This document shows positions 47,665 to 58,396 of a stretch of 64,000 bases of DNA, one piece after another. The DNA comes from a virus (taxonomy: Duplodnaviria > Caudoviricetes), in IMG/VR virus record IMGVR_UViG_3300028886_001681, positions 32,001 to 96,000 of that record; one strand, written 5' to 3'. Numbering within the stretch: position 1 is the first letter of the stretch; the number at the start of each line of letters is the position of its first letter. The notes beneath the pieces were generated by a model. That model had not been told where the DNA came from. It saw nothing but the letters and a program-made list of their open reading frames with translations, and did no database searches. Made by a program: the position numbers and the translations under genes.

Positions 47665-48164
47665 GATACGCGAATATCATAGAAAACGACATAGTTGACT
47701 CCATAAGTGGAATCAATGTGTCGTTTTGGTGTCAAGGTTGCAATTTCCATTGTCCTCATTGTCATAATCCGCAAACATGGAATTTGTGTGGCGGTCAAGA
47801 ACTCCCATCAAATTACAAAGAAATCGTTTTGGAATTGCTTCATAAAAACGGAATCAATCGAGGACTGTCTATTTTAGGCGGAGAACCTTTGATTGAGCAA
47901 AATCGTCAACTTGTTTCTGATTTGGTGAATTATGTCAAAGATAAATCTCCTACCACAATCATATATCTGTGGAGCGGATACACTTTGGAAGAGTTGAGAA
48001 AAATGAACGATGCTAGCGTGAACTTCATTCTGTCAACAATCGATTACCTAATCGACGGTCGCTACGAGGACGGCAAGAAGGACTTGTCGCTAAAGTTGAG
48101 AGGAAGTTCCAACCAAAATGTCTATCGACGAGTGAACGGCAAATTGAAGAAAATCGAAATTTAA
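47649..48164 (+). CDS. nrdG: anaerobic RNR activating enzyme (radical SAM)
   Basis: C-x3-C-x2-C (CNFHCPHC), GGEP, IDG.Y, RGSSNQ. Confidence 0.93.
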   Translation: METKMRYANIIENDIVDSISGINVSFWCQGCNFHCPHCHNPQTWNLCGGQELPSNYKEIVLELLHKNGINRGLSILGGEPLIEQNRQLVSDLVNYVKDKSPTTIIYLWSGYTLEELRKMNDASVNFILSTIDYLIDGRYEDGKKDLSLKLRGSSNQNVYRRVNGKLKKIEI

Positions 48165-48167
48165 ATG

Positions 48168-48197
48168 AAAAAAACGCTCGGAAATTCGAGCGTTTTT
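48168..48197. terminator. bidirectional terminator
   Basis: AAAAACGCTCG/CGAGCGTTTTT between convergent genes. Confidence 0.8.
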
Positions 48198-48205
48198 ATA
48201 TTCCT

Positions 48206-48865
48206 TTATTTTCTTGAACAAATTTCATCAATATAAACGATTTTGTTCCAATCTTCCATAGACAAGCCTTTCATCTGTATCTTGCGGTTTTGGAAAAACT
48301 TGATTTGCCAACCGCTAAACTTGGTGTCCACCGTGGCTAGGTCAATCCATGAACCGTATCGAATTTGATACTGAAGATATGTTCGAGGGTAGAAATAGGT
48401 TTCGGTGTCGTTGGGATATTTGTCCGCGTAGTCTTGAGCGACATCCATAAGATTATGACCAATTGAGCCGTCGCGGATGAATTCGTTCGTTTTCAAATAC
48501 CAAAGCAAGTCGAAAAACAACATGGAATCGAACGAACGAGAATAATCATGGAATTCACCAATCTTTGATTCTACAGAAAGTTCGCCAAACAAATAATGGA
48601 ACTTATCTTTCAGTTTTGCATCATCAGCACCGTCTCCAATTTTATCCTTAATCATAGAATATAACTGTTTATAATCCTTTACATCTCGGAAATAAACTTT
48701 AAATCCTACAGAATCGCAAATAAAACATCTGTCTCGGAATCCTACATAAATTCCAAATTCTTCTGAAAGTTTACTAGCAATCATCTTGCCATACAAATCT
48801 TCAACGTCATATTGATATTCATATTCTTTAGCGAGTTCTGCAAGCAAATCATAATCAATAATCAT
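48206..48865 (-). CDS. hypothetical protein (putative late)
   Basis: AGGAG RBS; TAACTATAT at 48895-48903. Confidence 0.7.
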   Translation of the reverse strand: MIIDYDLLAELAKEYEYQYDVEDLYGKMIASKLSEEFGIYVGFRDRCFICDSVGFKVYFRDVKDYKQLYSMIKDKIGDGADDAKLKDKFHYLFGELSVESKIGEFHDYSRSFDSMLFFDLLWYLKTNEFIRDGSIGHNLMDVAQDYADKYPNDTETYFYPRTYLQYQIRYGSWIDLATVDTKFSGWQIKFFQNRKIQMKGLSMEDWNKIVYIDEICSRK

Positions 48866-48900
48866 AAATTATTTCTCCTAATAATGTTATAAATATATAG

Positions 48901-49269
48901 TTATGCAAAATATTTTTCATATTCAGGGTGACTACTAAGAATCTCTTCCTTTGAAGGATTAGATTCCATAAAATCACGTTCTTCGTATTCTTCCATCCAA
49001 TCGTTTTCGTCTTCGATGAAATCATCGTATTCTTTATCCAAGTCAACCAAAGGATTAAAACCCTCTTTAAGAAGATTACGAAATTCTTCAATGTTTGGAT
49101 TTCCACTGTAAGCGTTCACACACATTGTACGCTCATCTCTTGGACGAAAACCATGAATATCCTTGTACATATCTGAATAATTAGCACAAAGATTTTCAAA
49201 CTTTTCAACATTTTCCGATGTATAAGTTCCATTCAAGATTCTGTTATAAAATTCTGTGTTATTTGCCAT
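48901..49269 (-). CDS. hypothetical protein
   Basis: YSD.YKD.HGFRPR; promoter at 49294-49322. Confidence 0.7.
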   Translation of the reverse strand: MANNTEFYNRILNGTYTSENVEKFENLCANYSDMYKDIHGFRPRDERTMCVNAYSGNPNIEEFRNLLKEGFNPLVDLDKEYDDFIEDENDWMEEYEERDFMESNPSKEEILSSHPEYEKYFA

Positions 49270-49293
49270 AAGATTTAATCTCCTTACTCTTAT

Positions 49294-49322
49294 AATATAC
49301 TACGAATAAAATAATTTGTCAA
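49294..49322 (-). promoter_or_regulatory. sigma70-type promoter
   Basis: TTGACA-N17-TATATT. Confidence 0.75.
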
Positions 49323-49357
49323 GTAAAATTATCAAAAAATTCAACTATTTTTAATAC

Positions 49358-49837
49358 ATGAGTCTACAAAATTATGCGAATAAAATGCGGAATCATTCTC
49401 ATGAAATGGAATCCAAGTTAGCCTTTTTGAAGGCCAAGAAAAAGAGAGGTAGCAAGGGCGAACAAATCACTAGAGATTTCTTGAAGCGATATGAATTGCC
49501 GTTCAAGGAGCAAGTTTCTTTCAACAACCTTTACTACAAGAGCAAGGACTTTCCACTCCGCTTTGATTTTCAAATATTTTTTAAAGATTCTTGGTTTCTT
49601 CTTGAAGTCCAAGGAGGACAACATTACAAGCCCACCAATTTCGGAGGCCATTTGACCGAAGAAGAAATTCAACAAAACTTCGAGGAAGGCCAAGAGCGCG
49701 ACAGAATGAAAAAAGAATACTGCGAAAAACACAATATCCTTTTAAAATGCGTGGATTGGAACGGCAACAAAAAGAAACTAATCGAGGATTTGGGGAAATT
49801 GTTCAGAAATCAGTTGAGGGATTCCACAGTGTCGTAG
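49358..49837 (+). CDS. Vsr/DUF559-like endonuclease, probably leaderless
   Basis: SKGE...LRFDF...LEVQGGQHY...RD..K..YC; CAACTATTT 7 nt before ATG. Confidence 0.75.
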   Translation: MSLQNYANKMRNHSHEMESKLAFLKAKKKRGSKGEQITRDFLKRYELPFKEQVSFNNLYYKSKDFPLRFDFQIFFKDSWFLLEVQGGQHYKPTNFGGHLTEEEIQQNFEEGQERDRMKKEYCEKHNILLKCVDWNGNKKKLIEDLGKLFRNQLRDSTVS

Positions 49838-50030
49838 AAAGTTTCCGACGCAAAATACTTTTCCGTAAGGTTAATCAAGTCTTTCTTGAATTCTTCCTTT
49901 GTTTTCTGCCCTTCCATCAATTCCGCCATTTCGTCCGAAATCGCCAAATCGACCGCCAACGAACTTTGAAGGCCTACCGAAGGGTCTCCAACATCAACCA
50001 CTAAAAAATGTTTCATAAAGATTTCCCATT

Positions 50031-50270
50031 CTAACGGAATTTATCCCAAAGCATTGAATAGACTTGGTCACTAGTTTCGTTCACGAAGCCCATGTAGTCA
50101 AAACTTTCCCCATCCTCATCTTTCCATTGAACGCAAAAAGATTCCTCTTCAATTCTTTCCGTCACTTCTCGCATAGTCGGCATATAGTCGAAACTGTCGG
50201 CTATTCTTTGCGTGTCTGAATCATTCCAATTTCCAATCATTTCAAACCTCGTTCTTTTTTTTTCATTCAT
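50031..50270 (-). CDS. hypothetical protein
   Basis: ORF in array. Confidence 0.55.
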   Translation of the reverse strand: MNEKKRTRFEMIGNWNDSDTQRIADSFDYMPTMREVTERIEEESFCVQWKDEDGESFDYMGFVNETSDQVYSMLWDKFR

Positions 50271-50726
50271 CTCTCGTTTTCTTGCTTAATTTGTCAGAAA
50301 TCACATTGATTAAGATTTCGTCGAGAATGAATTCCGCAATCAAAATCGGAAGCGCCACACGAACAAACTCTCCCCACGAAATGCTCGCCATTTTGATTAC
50401 GCAAATTATTGAACTAATCATTTATTTCCTCCTTTAGTTGAACTGAATTATTTTCCAACGACTTCCGCTCATGTGAAGCGTATCTATCCGTCGTTTTATT
50501 ATTATAATAGAAATCCTTAAAAATCTTTACCTTTGGTCATTTTCAACATTCCTCTTGATTCTTTCCCTAACTTCTTCAACCGTCGTGCCATCATTCGCTT
50601 TGTTAAACACTTCTCGGCAAACAATAGGAAAACATCTGTCGCATAAATCTTGTTCCTCATAAGGGAATATTTCCATTTCTTTTCCGCAACAGAGACATTT
50701 CTTTTTAATCTTTGTTATCGGCATAA

Positions 50727-51080
50727 TCATTGAATCGCTTGCCATTTCCCCTCCTTCCGTCTTCGCAAGAACTCTTGGTACAAAGGATACCAAGGCTCTT
50801 TCTGCCCCAGCCTTACGTCCTCGAAGCACTCGTCCACAAAACGCTCGCTCTTTATGTTGAACGCCTTTTCCATTTGTGCCAAGAAAGACTTGAGGGCGAT
50901 GTCATCGTCTTTCATTTCGGCCAACCGCATTATTGAAAGTTTGACGGAGGATGTCATCAAGTCGGAAGAGCAGAAAACGAAAGCCTCATAAGGGTCGTCC
51001 GCGACTGTTTTAAGCCAAAACTCGTATTTCTTGTGGGACTGCCAATAGGCGCAGAACAAAATCCATTCCAAGAAACTCAT
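50727..51080 (-). CDS. hypothetical protein
   Basis: ATGA overlap with upstream ORF. Confidence 0.6.
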   Translation of the reverse strand: MSFLEWILFCAYWQSHKKYEFWLKTVADDPYEAFVFCSSDLMTSSVKLSIMRLAEMKDDDIALKSFLAQMEKAFNIKSERFVDECFEDVRLGQKEPWYPLYQEFLRRRKEGKWQAIQ

Positions 51081-51430
51081 TCCTTCTCCTCCGTTTCATA
51101 AACCGCGTCAAGACACGCTACGCAATCCTTGTCATAGTGGCCGCAAGTTTTCCAATCTTTCAAACAACCTTCGCAAACATGCTCTTGGTGCCAATTCGGA
51201 TGCTCGTTTCTGTATTGGACTACCCATCTGTCCCACTTGACCAAAGGAACATACTTCAAAGAGCCATAATTCAAATGAAAGTCAATATCTGGTTCCGTGA
51301 AAACCGGCGCCCCGCAGTTGCAAGTCAAACAACCGACAGTATGCTTTCCTGTAGTGGCATCGGTCGTGCAAAGGCTGGGTCGGACTAGACAAAGAGGACA
51401 TCTATAGGGTGATTCATTGTCGTCATACAT
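51077..51430 (-). CDS. Cys-rich Zn-binding protein
   Basis: Four CxxC pairs; GGAGG RBS. Confidence 0.6.
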   Translation of the reverse strand: MYDDNESPYRCPLCLVRPSLCTTDATTGKHTVGCLTCNCGAPVFTEPDIDFHLNYGSLKYVPLVKWDRWVVQYRNEHPNWHQEHVCEGCLKDWKTCGHYDKDCVACLDAVYETEEKE

Positions 51431-51431
51431 G

Positions 51432-51803
51432 TTAAATCTTGCCCTCCCTCCAATCCTTATCGTAGCGCCTCATCTCCAACTCTTGCCTCACTTCATAAAC
51501 TATTGTTCCGGGAAGGACGATGAGCCAAGCGAGGAAGAACGGAAGGATGAACTGGAAATAGCCGTCGTCGTCCCAACCGAACTTATTATAATAGCGCAAC
51601 TCCTTCCAAGTCTTGCGGTGGCTTGTCCACCAATAGTCGAATCCGTAGTCTCCGTCGCCTGCGTAACTGTCGTAGGTTTCCCACAACATTCCGAGTTTTG
51701 GGCGTTTGTCGTAGAACCCCTTTCCTACACCCATTATGCACCAAAATCCGTATTTGAAAGGGTGGATTATGTGGTTGATTTTGTCTTTAAGAAACCAAGT
51801 CAT
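51432..51803 (-). CDS. membrane protein
   Basis: C-terminal TM. Confidence 0.6.
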   Translation of the reverse strand: MTWFLKDKINHIIHPFKYGFWCIMGVGKGFYDKRPKLGMLWETYDSYAGDGDYGFDYWWTSHRKTWKELRYYNKFGWDDDGYFQFILPFFLAWLIVLPGTIVYEVRQELEMRRYDKDWREGKI

Positions 51804-52240
51804 TTCTCTTCCTCCACCTTCTCAAACCACTCGCAACCGTAACCGTCGCAAGTCCAATCAATCCAATCCCAACCTTGCTCGGTTTTGTTGAACAATATCT
51901 GGAAACTTTTTGATTCATGGTTGAAACTGATGAAGCCTTCCGCAAGCCTTGGCAAGTTCTTCATCTTCCAATTATCCTTGTATCCTTTCTCCTCAAAGTA
52001 GAACCGCACTTTGTCGCCTTGGCAACAAGGCGTGTTGTTGCGGTCGAAGATGTAGCCTCCGTGTTGCAACTTCTTTTCGATGTCAGGAATGGAGCGGAGA
52101 AAGGCTTGGACTTTGTCTTGGAGTTCGTTGTATTTCTCCGCTTTTCTAAACTCACTTGCAGGCATATCGTCGTAAATCGCATCTCTTTTATCAAACTTTG
52201 AGATGATATAGTCCAATAATTCTTTCGTCTCTTGCTTCAT
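51800..52240 (-). CDS. YopX-like hypothetical protein, paralogue of 62141-62500
   Basis: GGYI.D.N.TPCC.GDKV shared. Confidence 0.65.
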   Translation of the reverse strand: MKQETKELLDYIISKFDKRDAIYDDMPASEFRKAEKYNELQDKVQAFLRSIPDIEKKLQHGGYIFDRNNTPCCQGDKVRFYFEEKGYKDNWKMKNLPRLAEGFISFNHESKSFQILFNKTEQGWDWIDWTCDGYGCEWFEKVEEEK

Positions 52241-52246
52241 TTCCGC

Positions 52247-52567
52247 TCACTCCTTCATCAAGAATGTTTTCGCGACAAATCCGAACTTCTCAAGTTGGTC
52301 TACAGGAATCGCAAGCGTGTCAGCCTTGCTGCAGCTCAAGTCGCCCCAAGACACATTCCCTTTGGGAAACTCCAGCCAAGAAGGGAGTCCTTTCCAATGC
52401 TCCTTCATTTCTGAAAGAGTGTACCGTCCCGCTTTGTTGAAGTCGGTGGTGTAGCCGGAATACTCGTCTTGCCACATAACGAAGTTTGGCATCCAAGACA
52501 AGTCCGTGTGCTTTAAGCTGACTAGAATATATTCTTCTTCCATAGTTTCAATCCTCCTTGCTCGCAA
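52247..52567 (-). CDS. hypothetical protein
   Basis: SLKHT...W...GYT...AG.Y. Confidence 0.6.
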   Translation of the reverse strand: MRARRIETMEEEYILVSLKHTDLSWMPNFVMWQDEYSGYTTDFNKAGRYTLSEMKEHWKGLPSWLEFPKGNVSWGDLSCSKADTLAIPVDQLEKFGFVAKTFLMKE

Positions 52568-52844
52568 TTTCGCCGATTTTGCTTCTCAACAACGAATAAG
52601 CCTTGTTCGCGTCCTCTCTGTAAAGGACAACTTTTTGCCCTTCCTTGATGAATAACTTCAAGCAAGGCAAGTAGTCGCCGTAGCCGTTCGGATAGTCGTG
52701 CTTATATTCCATTCGCTCCAAATAGTCCAAGTTAATTGTATGTTCTACGCATTTTCTTTCATCGAGATGTAGATAAGCACCTGTTATTTCATGCTCATAG
52801 ATTACGCCAAACATTCTAGTCCTCCTTTATTTTATGGCAACATT

Positions 52845-53297
52845 TCATATCTGCCACCTTTTCTTATATTCTCTAATAACTTCACATTCTTCATGACAAT
52901 AGAGTCCATCTTTCTCTGTGATTTTCAACCAATCAAGAAAGTCCTTGAAAGAACCGTTATAACATTCACCCCAATCAAGATATGCTTGATATCTTCTTTT
53001 ACTTCTGCTTGGTTTGTTTTCTTTCTTTTTCTTGAGCCACAAATCAACTACATAATCTTTTCCAACATCTGTTACAGAATAAACTTCTTCGTTCCAATCA
53101 GTCGTTCCGTCTTTTTGCATATATCCTTTTTCAACAAGAGATTTAATTGCTTTATAATCTCCGTTATCTTCACTTGGATATATGCCGAACCAATTTCTAT
53201 AACCACCTCTATCATCATTCCAACTCGGCTGATATTCATAACCTAATGTATGAAACATTACCTTTTCTTCTTTTTCAGTAATTTCTGTCATACTCAT
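52845..53297 (-). CDS. hypothetical protein
   Basis: HTLG...YRN.F...SRSKRRY. Confidence 0.65.
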   Translation of the reverse strand: MSMTEITEKEEKVMFHTLGYEYQPSWNDDRGGYRNWFGIYPSEDNGDYKAIKSLVEKGYMQKDGTTDWNEEVYSVTDVGKDYVVDLWLKKKKENKPSRSKRRYQAYLDWGECYNGSFKDFLDWLKITEKDGLYCHEECEVIREYKKRWQI

Positions 53298-53688
53298 TCC
53301 TTGTCGGTAAAACTATTCTTCTCCAATAATCAGGTTCATCTACTTTGTTCCAATAATCTCTGTCACCATATACACTATTTTCATCAGCACCAAACCAACG
53401 AACTAATTTTTCGTCTAACTCACCAATTTCGTGATACCAACGAACTTTGAAAACATCCCAATGAACTTTATCTTTATAATAATAAAGATATAAACCTTCT
53501 ATCCATTCACCTTCGTTAGGCAAATCATTTGGATTTTCATTTAAATTATGCCATTCATTAGCCTTGTTATATCCAAACTCCGCACCGTTTCTCCAATCAG
53601 TTTCTTTCGCATATCGTTCATGGTCTGTTGGCTCATACATTCCAAAATCTTTATCTGCATATTCTTCCGCTTCTTTCTCAAACATCAT
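53275..53688 (-). CDS. DUF551-like protein, paralogue of 666-992
   Basis: MFEKEAEE...GYNKANEWH...NPNDLP. Confidence 0.65.
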   Translation of the reverse strand: MMFEKEAEEYADKDFGMYEPTDHERYAKETDWRNGAEFGYNKANEWHNLNENPNDLPNEGEWIEGLYLYYYKDKVHWDVFKVRWYHEIGELDEKLVRWFGADENSVYGDRDYWNKVDEPDYWRRIVLPTRNEYDRNY

Positions 53689-54035
53689 TCAATTTCTCCT
53701 ATGTGGACTTCCAACTTCCAATCATTGAAATTCCCTTGCCTTGAATCTTTCAAGTGAGGCAAGAACTCCCTTGCAATAGTGTCAGCAAGAGAAATGAGCA
53801 GTTCTTTTGTGATGTATTGGAAGTGAAACTTCGACAAGTAGTTGCGAAACCGCATCGCAACTTCACTTGGAAATTCAGGCTCCTCAATTTCAATTCCGTC
53901 AATGAAGAAGCGAACGAACGCTTGGTCGCCGATGTTATGAATTCTCACTTCTTTATTTTCATTTACCGCGGAATACACTTGAACGGTTTTCATAACATTT
54001 TCGCAACACTTCATTGTCCATTCTCTGTAATTCAT
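53685..54035 (-). CDS. hypothetical protein
   Basis: ORF in array. Confidence 0.6.
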   Translation of the reverse strand: MNYREWTMKCCENVMKTVQVYSAVNENKEVRIHNIGDQAFVRFFIDGIEIEEPEFPSEVAMRFRNYLSKFHFQYITKELLISLADTIAREFLPHLKDSRQGNFNDWKLEVHIGEIE

Positions 54036-54278
54036 TTCAAAGCCTCTGCCAAAGCGACCAACCCATTCTTCAGGTATTCTATTTGCATTCTCGCCATAGC
54101 GGACGAAAATGAAAATCTAGTTTGCAATTTGGAGTTGTCCCAAATCTTCAACGCTTTCTCAACCTTGTCCTCTTCGACCAACTTTATGATGTTGTCCGCT
54201 CCATAAATGTAGGACAAGTTCACCAACATATTGTGCTTCAAATGCTTGTAAGACTTTCTCACGCTTCCTCCAACAAAG

Positions 54279-54782
54279 TCATTTCAACCCAATCTCCTTC
54301 AACAATTCCTCAACCTCGCCCATAAGATTGTGCTTGTCGAGCACCGCTCTCATCGCCACCATTCTGTTGTGGTACTTGAAGTTTTCCTCAAGCAAGTTGC
54401 AAAGATACTTGTTCTTTTCGTAGGATTCGTCCTTCTCCTCGACTTTTATCTCGTAGTTTCCAAGATACTTCGACTGGTCTTGCAACTCAATCCTAACCAT
54501 TCCCTCGCAAGAGCAGTCTTTCTCCAAGCAATACTTCAAGTTCACGGGGTCTAAACTTACGGCCTCTTCAACAATTTTATAGACGTAATCGATATCCGTC
54601 GTTTCTTCAAAAGAAAATCTTCCGTCATATAAAGTGATTATCGCTTTAGTAGCCCCTTCGCAAGAAATCTCGAAGTCGCCAACCGGTTTGGGAGATTCTT
54701 GGGTGAGTTTTGTCTTAATCACATCGCAAGCGTGGGCTAATTTCGGGGTTAGTTGGTTGACGACATCCTCATAGCCTTTCAT
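54279..54782 (-). CDS. hypothetical protein
   Basis: Start moved to MKGYE after GGAGG. Confidence 0.6.
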   Translation of the reverse strand: MKGYEDVVNQLTPKLAHACDVIKTKLTQESPKPVGDFEISCEGATKAIITLYDGRFSFEETTDIDYVYKIVEEAVSLDPVNLKYCLEKDCSCEGMVRIELQDQSKYLGNYEIKVEEKDESYEKNKYLCNLLEENFKYHNRMVAMRAVLDKHNLMGEVEELLKEIGLK

Positions 54783-54783
54783 C

Positions 54784-55020
54784 TTATTCCTCCATATGTT
54801 CTGAAGCGGTCTTCGCCACGCTCGCCAAATCGCCCATGCATTTCTTGCAAAGAAGAAGCATGCATTTCGTTTTGCGCGAATCAATGTAAATGTTGTGGAG
54901 TTTGCCAAGTTCTCCGCAATTCTCGCAAGCCATAGGATAATCTTTCATGTCGCTTCCTATCATACTTGTTCCTCCGACAAATAATACTCTTCCAACTTTG
55001 AACGGACATAATTCTCGCAA
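54784..55020 (-). CDS. small Zn-finger protein
   Basis: CENC...CKKC. Confidence 0.5.
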   Translation of the reverse strand: MRELCPFKVGRVLFVGGTSMIGSDMKDYPMACENCGELGKLHNIYIDSRKTKCMLLLCKKCMGDLASVAKTASEHMEE

Positions 55021-55130
55021 TCGTATTTGTCGTTCGAGCCGTAAACCACATCTCCGCTTATTCCGTTGTTGTCAATTCTATAATCCAAATCTCCAAGCCA
55101 ATGAACATACCAATTAGGGAAAAGCATAAT

Positions 55131-55559
55131 TCATTCCTCCCACCCTTTCTCAACGAAAGTCTTGTAGTAAACCCAAAATCGCCCTCCGCTATATCCGCAA
55201 GAAACGATGCTCTCCGGGCGAATCTTTCTCAAGAATTCATTGACAAAGCAAGACGCGCTCTCATATCCTCTGGAGCGGCTCATCGCTTCAAAACTTTCGC
55301 ATTGGACGACTTCCTCAGCCGTTCGCTTGAAGAATTTGTCGCGGTCGGACCTCTTAATCATATAATACTCGTTGTCCCAATCGTAGCGAGGGTCTTGAAC
55401 GACCAACTCGACGAAGTCGTTTGCGCCGATGTTCGTCACTCGGTCTCCAATTTCCACCATCTCGCCTTTATGGAAATCGGCTTCCGCGTTCTCATAGCGG
55501 CCGTTTCCTACTTGCTCCATTAAAAACAATTTGCAATCTTCAATACATGTTCCGTCCAT
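55131..55559 (-). CDS. hypothetical protein
   Basis: ORF in array. Confidence 0.6.
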   Translation of the reverse strand: MDGTCIEDCKLFLMEQVGNGRYENAEADFHKGEMVEIGDRVTNIGANDFVELVVQDPRYDWDNEYYMIKRSDRDKFFKRTAEEVVQCESFEAMSRSRGYESASCFVNEFLRKIRPESIVSCGYSGGRFWVYYKTFVEKGWEE

Positions 55560-55756
55560 TTCCTATTTCTCATTTGTCGAAAATCAATAAAAGTTTAGCC
55601 ACCGCTAATACTAGACCCACTGAACCAAAAATCAAGCAACCCCAATACCATTCCACCAAGAACGACATCGCCACAGGAATCAAGATTGCGAGAAAAACTC
55701 CAATCATTGTGAATATCCAAATGAATTTTCTATAACGCCAATTCATATATTTCCTC

Positions 55757-56098
55757 CTACCAATCCTTCATATCGTCATCCATTGCATCGTCCAACTGGT
55801 CTTCGTCGCAACCGTAATAGTCCGCCCAATCGCTTCTGTTCCAATGAATCTCCCTCCAACCGCACTCGAATTCCTCAAGCGCGTCCTCGAAAGAATCGTC
55901 GTTTATGTTGGAGAAGAAATATCCGTCCGACGAGCGGACTTCTCCGTTGGGGAAGCGGTAGATTAAAACCGACTCCTCTCCGTTGGAGATTGTCTTAATC
56001 AACTCTCCGTCCATTTCCTCAAAATATTCGTTCATGCGAATCTCCTTTTCTATCTTTTGAATAATTCCAATAAAGTGTTCAAGCCGTTGGAATCCCAT
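55757..56098 (-). CDS. acidic hypothetical protein
   Basis: Probable start MNEYF after AAGGAG. Confidence 0.6.
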   Translation of the reverse strand: MGFQRLEHFIGIIQKIEKEIRMNEYFEEMDGELIKTISNGEESVLIYRFPNGEVRSSDGYFFSNINDDSFEDALEEFECGWREIHWNRSDWADYYGCDEDQLDDAMDDDMKDW

Positions 56099-56376
56099 TC
56101 CTCGTTCACTTTCTTCATCTCTCGGACAACTATGCTTCTAATCATTTCGTCCGCTTGCTCCCTAGTGTTGCCCAAGGACATAAACTCCTTGACTTGTTCC
56201 TCGTACACTTCTTGATAAGGGTTCGGTTTGTATCTGTTTTTATAAAAGGACTTGCAAGCATACATCATGGAGTCAATCATTCCGTAGAATTCCGTCTTGT
56301 TGTCCTCCGACTCCCTAACCCAATCCGCTATGGAGTTTGGAATTGAAACGCTAGTTTCTCCGACAGTAATGACCAT
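56050..56376 (-). CDS. hypothetical protein
   Basis: GGAGG RBS. Confidence 0.6.
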   Translation of the reverse strand: MVITVGETSVSIPNSIADWVRESEDNKTEFYGMIDSMMYACKSFYKNRYKPNPYQEVYEEQVKEFMSLGNTREQADEMIRSIVVREMKKVNEEWDSNGLNTLLELFKR

Positions 56377-56397
56377 TCAATTTTCCTCCCAAAAAAA

Positions 56398-56766
56398 TCA
56401 AACATAGTCGCCCCATTCCCAACCTTCGAGAATTCCGAATGTCTTCATCGCGTCGAGAATGGTGTACAACTTCTTTTGAATTTCCTTCGCGGTTTGAGGG
56501 GCGTCGTCGCCTCGGCTCTGAATCATGTATTGAAAGTCGTAGGGTTGAAGCCACTCGTCGTCCAACACATCAATCTCTCCGACCTCGTCGTCCAAAATTT
56601 TGATGTTCACGCTTACATCGTTCAAGCACTCGCATAGAATCCAAAATCCGTCGGTATGCTCGAATCCGACTTTTCTCATGATGTCCTTGTCGACGATGTG
56701 GAAGCGAAGATTTTTGTTCTGCCCTCGCTCGTCCACTTCCGTGGCCTTGATTTCCCAAACCTTCAT
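56398..56766 (-). CDS. hypothetical protein
   Basis: VLDDEWLQPYDFQ; abuts upstream stop. Confidence 0.65.
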   Translation of the reverse strand: MKVWEIKATEVDERGQNKNLRFHIVDKDIMRKVGFEHTDGFWILCECLNDVSVNIKILDDEVGEIDVLDDEWLQPYDFQYMIQSRGDDAPQTAKEIQKKLYTILDAMKTFGILEGWEWGDYV

Positions 56767-56959
56767 TTAAAATACCCTCATTCCGTAGAAGTCCGCGAAC
56801 ACAGAGCGTTCCGTCTCCAACATGTCGAATTTGATGACCAAGACCGTCTTGCCCTTGGTTTCGTAAGTTGACAGAACCTTGCCTTTCCCAAAGTTCTTGT
56901 GGATTACATTTCGGTCGATGTAGTTCATATTCTTCCTCCATATTTCTCCCACATCGACT

Positions 56960-56988
56960 ACTATAACACATTTCCTTGAAAATGTCAA
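56960..56988 (-). promoter_or_regulatory. sigma70-type promoter
   Basis: TTGACA-N17-TATAGT. Confidence 0.7.
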
Positions 56989-57143
56989 GGAAAATTACGA
57001 TTTTTCTCGATTATTTGAAGGTTGTCCATCATGTCCAAAGATTTCTTCCATTCTTCATACGACTCTTTGGAAGTGGGCAATCCTTGCGACTTTTCCTTCT
57101 TTTCTTCTGTTTCCGCTTTTTCTTCCTTCATATTCATTTCTCC

Positions 57144-58382
57144 TTATTTTTCGATTAAATTCCACAAAGGCTCAATTTCTTTTTCCGACATTTCATTCCA
57201 TCTTTTCTTGCCTCGAATTCCCAATTGAAGGAATATTGCGGAAAGGACAGATGTCACTATCGAATTTCCGAACTGTCTTTCGATTTGAGTTTTGGTGTTG
57301 ACGGACTTCATTCTCTCTATGTCGGAGTCCTTCACTCCCATCAACCTTCCCTTTTCCTTTTCGGTGAGTTTTCTTATTTTCGGCTTGTCGCTTCCCTCCA
57401 CAAGCATTGACGCTTCGTAGCAAGTCGTTATCGAGTTGGCGGTCGAACAGTTGCCTATTTCCAAAGTTTGGTTGTAGTTTCCATCGACTTTTCTGCCTCG
57501 TATCGCGCAAGAATAAACCTTGGGGTCTTCGCAAATGAGTATGCCATAACCTCCGCCTTCCGACTTCACCACGGAGGACAACCCGTTGGGGTTCATCACT
57601 CTATACCCTTCTCCGTAGCCCTTGCATTCCAAAGTCCCCATTCTTATTATTTTGTCGGAAACTTCACTGTTCTTGTTTTTAAGCAACAACTTTCTAGTCT
57701 TCTCGTTGTCGATGTAATAACTTTCATCGACATGTCTTTCCAAAATGTCCTTCAAATGGTTTTTCAACTCAATCGGCTTTGGAAATTCATATTCTTCGCT
57801 TTCCGAGAGAATGGACACACAGAAGCAACGAATTCTGTTTTGCGGAATTCCATAATCCTTGGCATTCAAGTCTTGGCAAAAATTCTTGTATCCTTTGGAG
57901 CGAAGAAACGAAAGCCACTTGTCGAATTCCTTGATGTTTTTCTTCGCTCGCACTTGGGGGACATTCTCCATTATTAAAAATTTGGGAAGTTCGCTTTCGT
58001 TCAACTCTTTCATTATTCTTTTCACTTCCCAAAGCAAAGACGACGATGTTCCGCTCCCTTCAACCATTCCTTTTTGTTGACCTGCCGATGAAAGCGATTG
58101 GCAAGGGAAGGAATAAAACATGATGTAGTCGTATTTATCGGTTTCGATTATCCTCAAGTCTTTTCCGCGTACATCTCGTATGTCGATGGGCTTGAAGTTG
58201 GTTCCGTGCAAGATGTTGTACGACTTCATCGCTTTCTCGTCGAACTCAATCGCTTTCCAAATCTCAAAGTCCGCACCTATGTTTTTCATAGCCATTTCTT
58301 GTGACCCGTATCCGCTAAAGAGAGTGATTAATCTAATCGGCTTGTTTAACTCAACCAATTTGTTTCCGAAAAAATCTTCCAT
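57144..58382 (-). CDS. DNA (cytosine-5)-methyltransferase
   Basis: LFSGYG (I), SFPCQ (IV), MENV (VI), QNR.R (VIII), QFGNS (X); start moved to MEDFF. Confidence 0.93.
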   Translation of the reverse strand: MEDFFGNKLVELNKPIRLITLFSGYGSQEMAMKNIGADFEIWKAIEFDEKAMKSYNILHGTNFKPIDIRDVRGKDLRIIETDKYDYIMFYSFPCQSLSSAGQQKGMVEGSGTSSSLLWEVKRIMKELNESELPKFLIMENVPQVRAKKNIKEFDKWLSFLRSKGYKNFCQDLNAKDYGIPQNRIRCFCVSILSESEEYEFPKPIELKNHLKDILERHVDESYYIDNEKTRKLLLKNKNSEVSDKIIRMGTLECKGYGEGYRVMNPNGLSSVVKSEGGGYGILICEDPKVYSCAIRGRKVDGNYNQTLEIGNCSTANSITTCYEASMLVEGSDKPKIRKLTEKEKGRLMGVKDSDIERMKSVNTKTQIERQFGNSIVTSVLSAIFLQLGIRGKKRWNEMSEKEIEPLWNLIEK

Positions 58383-58396
58383 ATCAAATCGTTTCC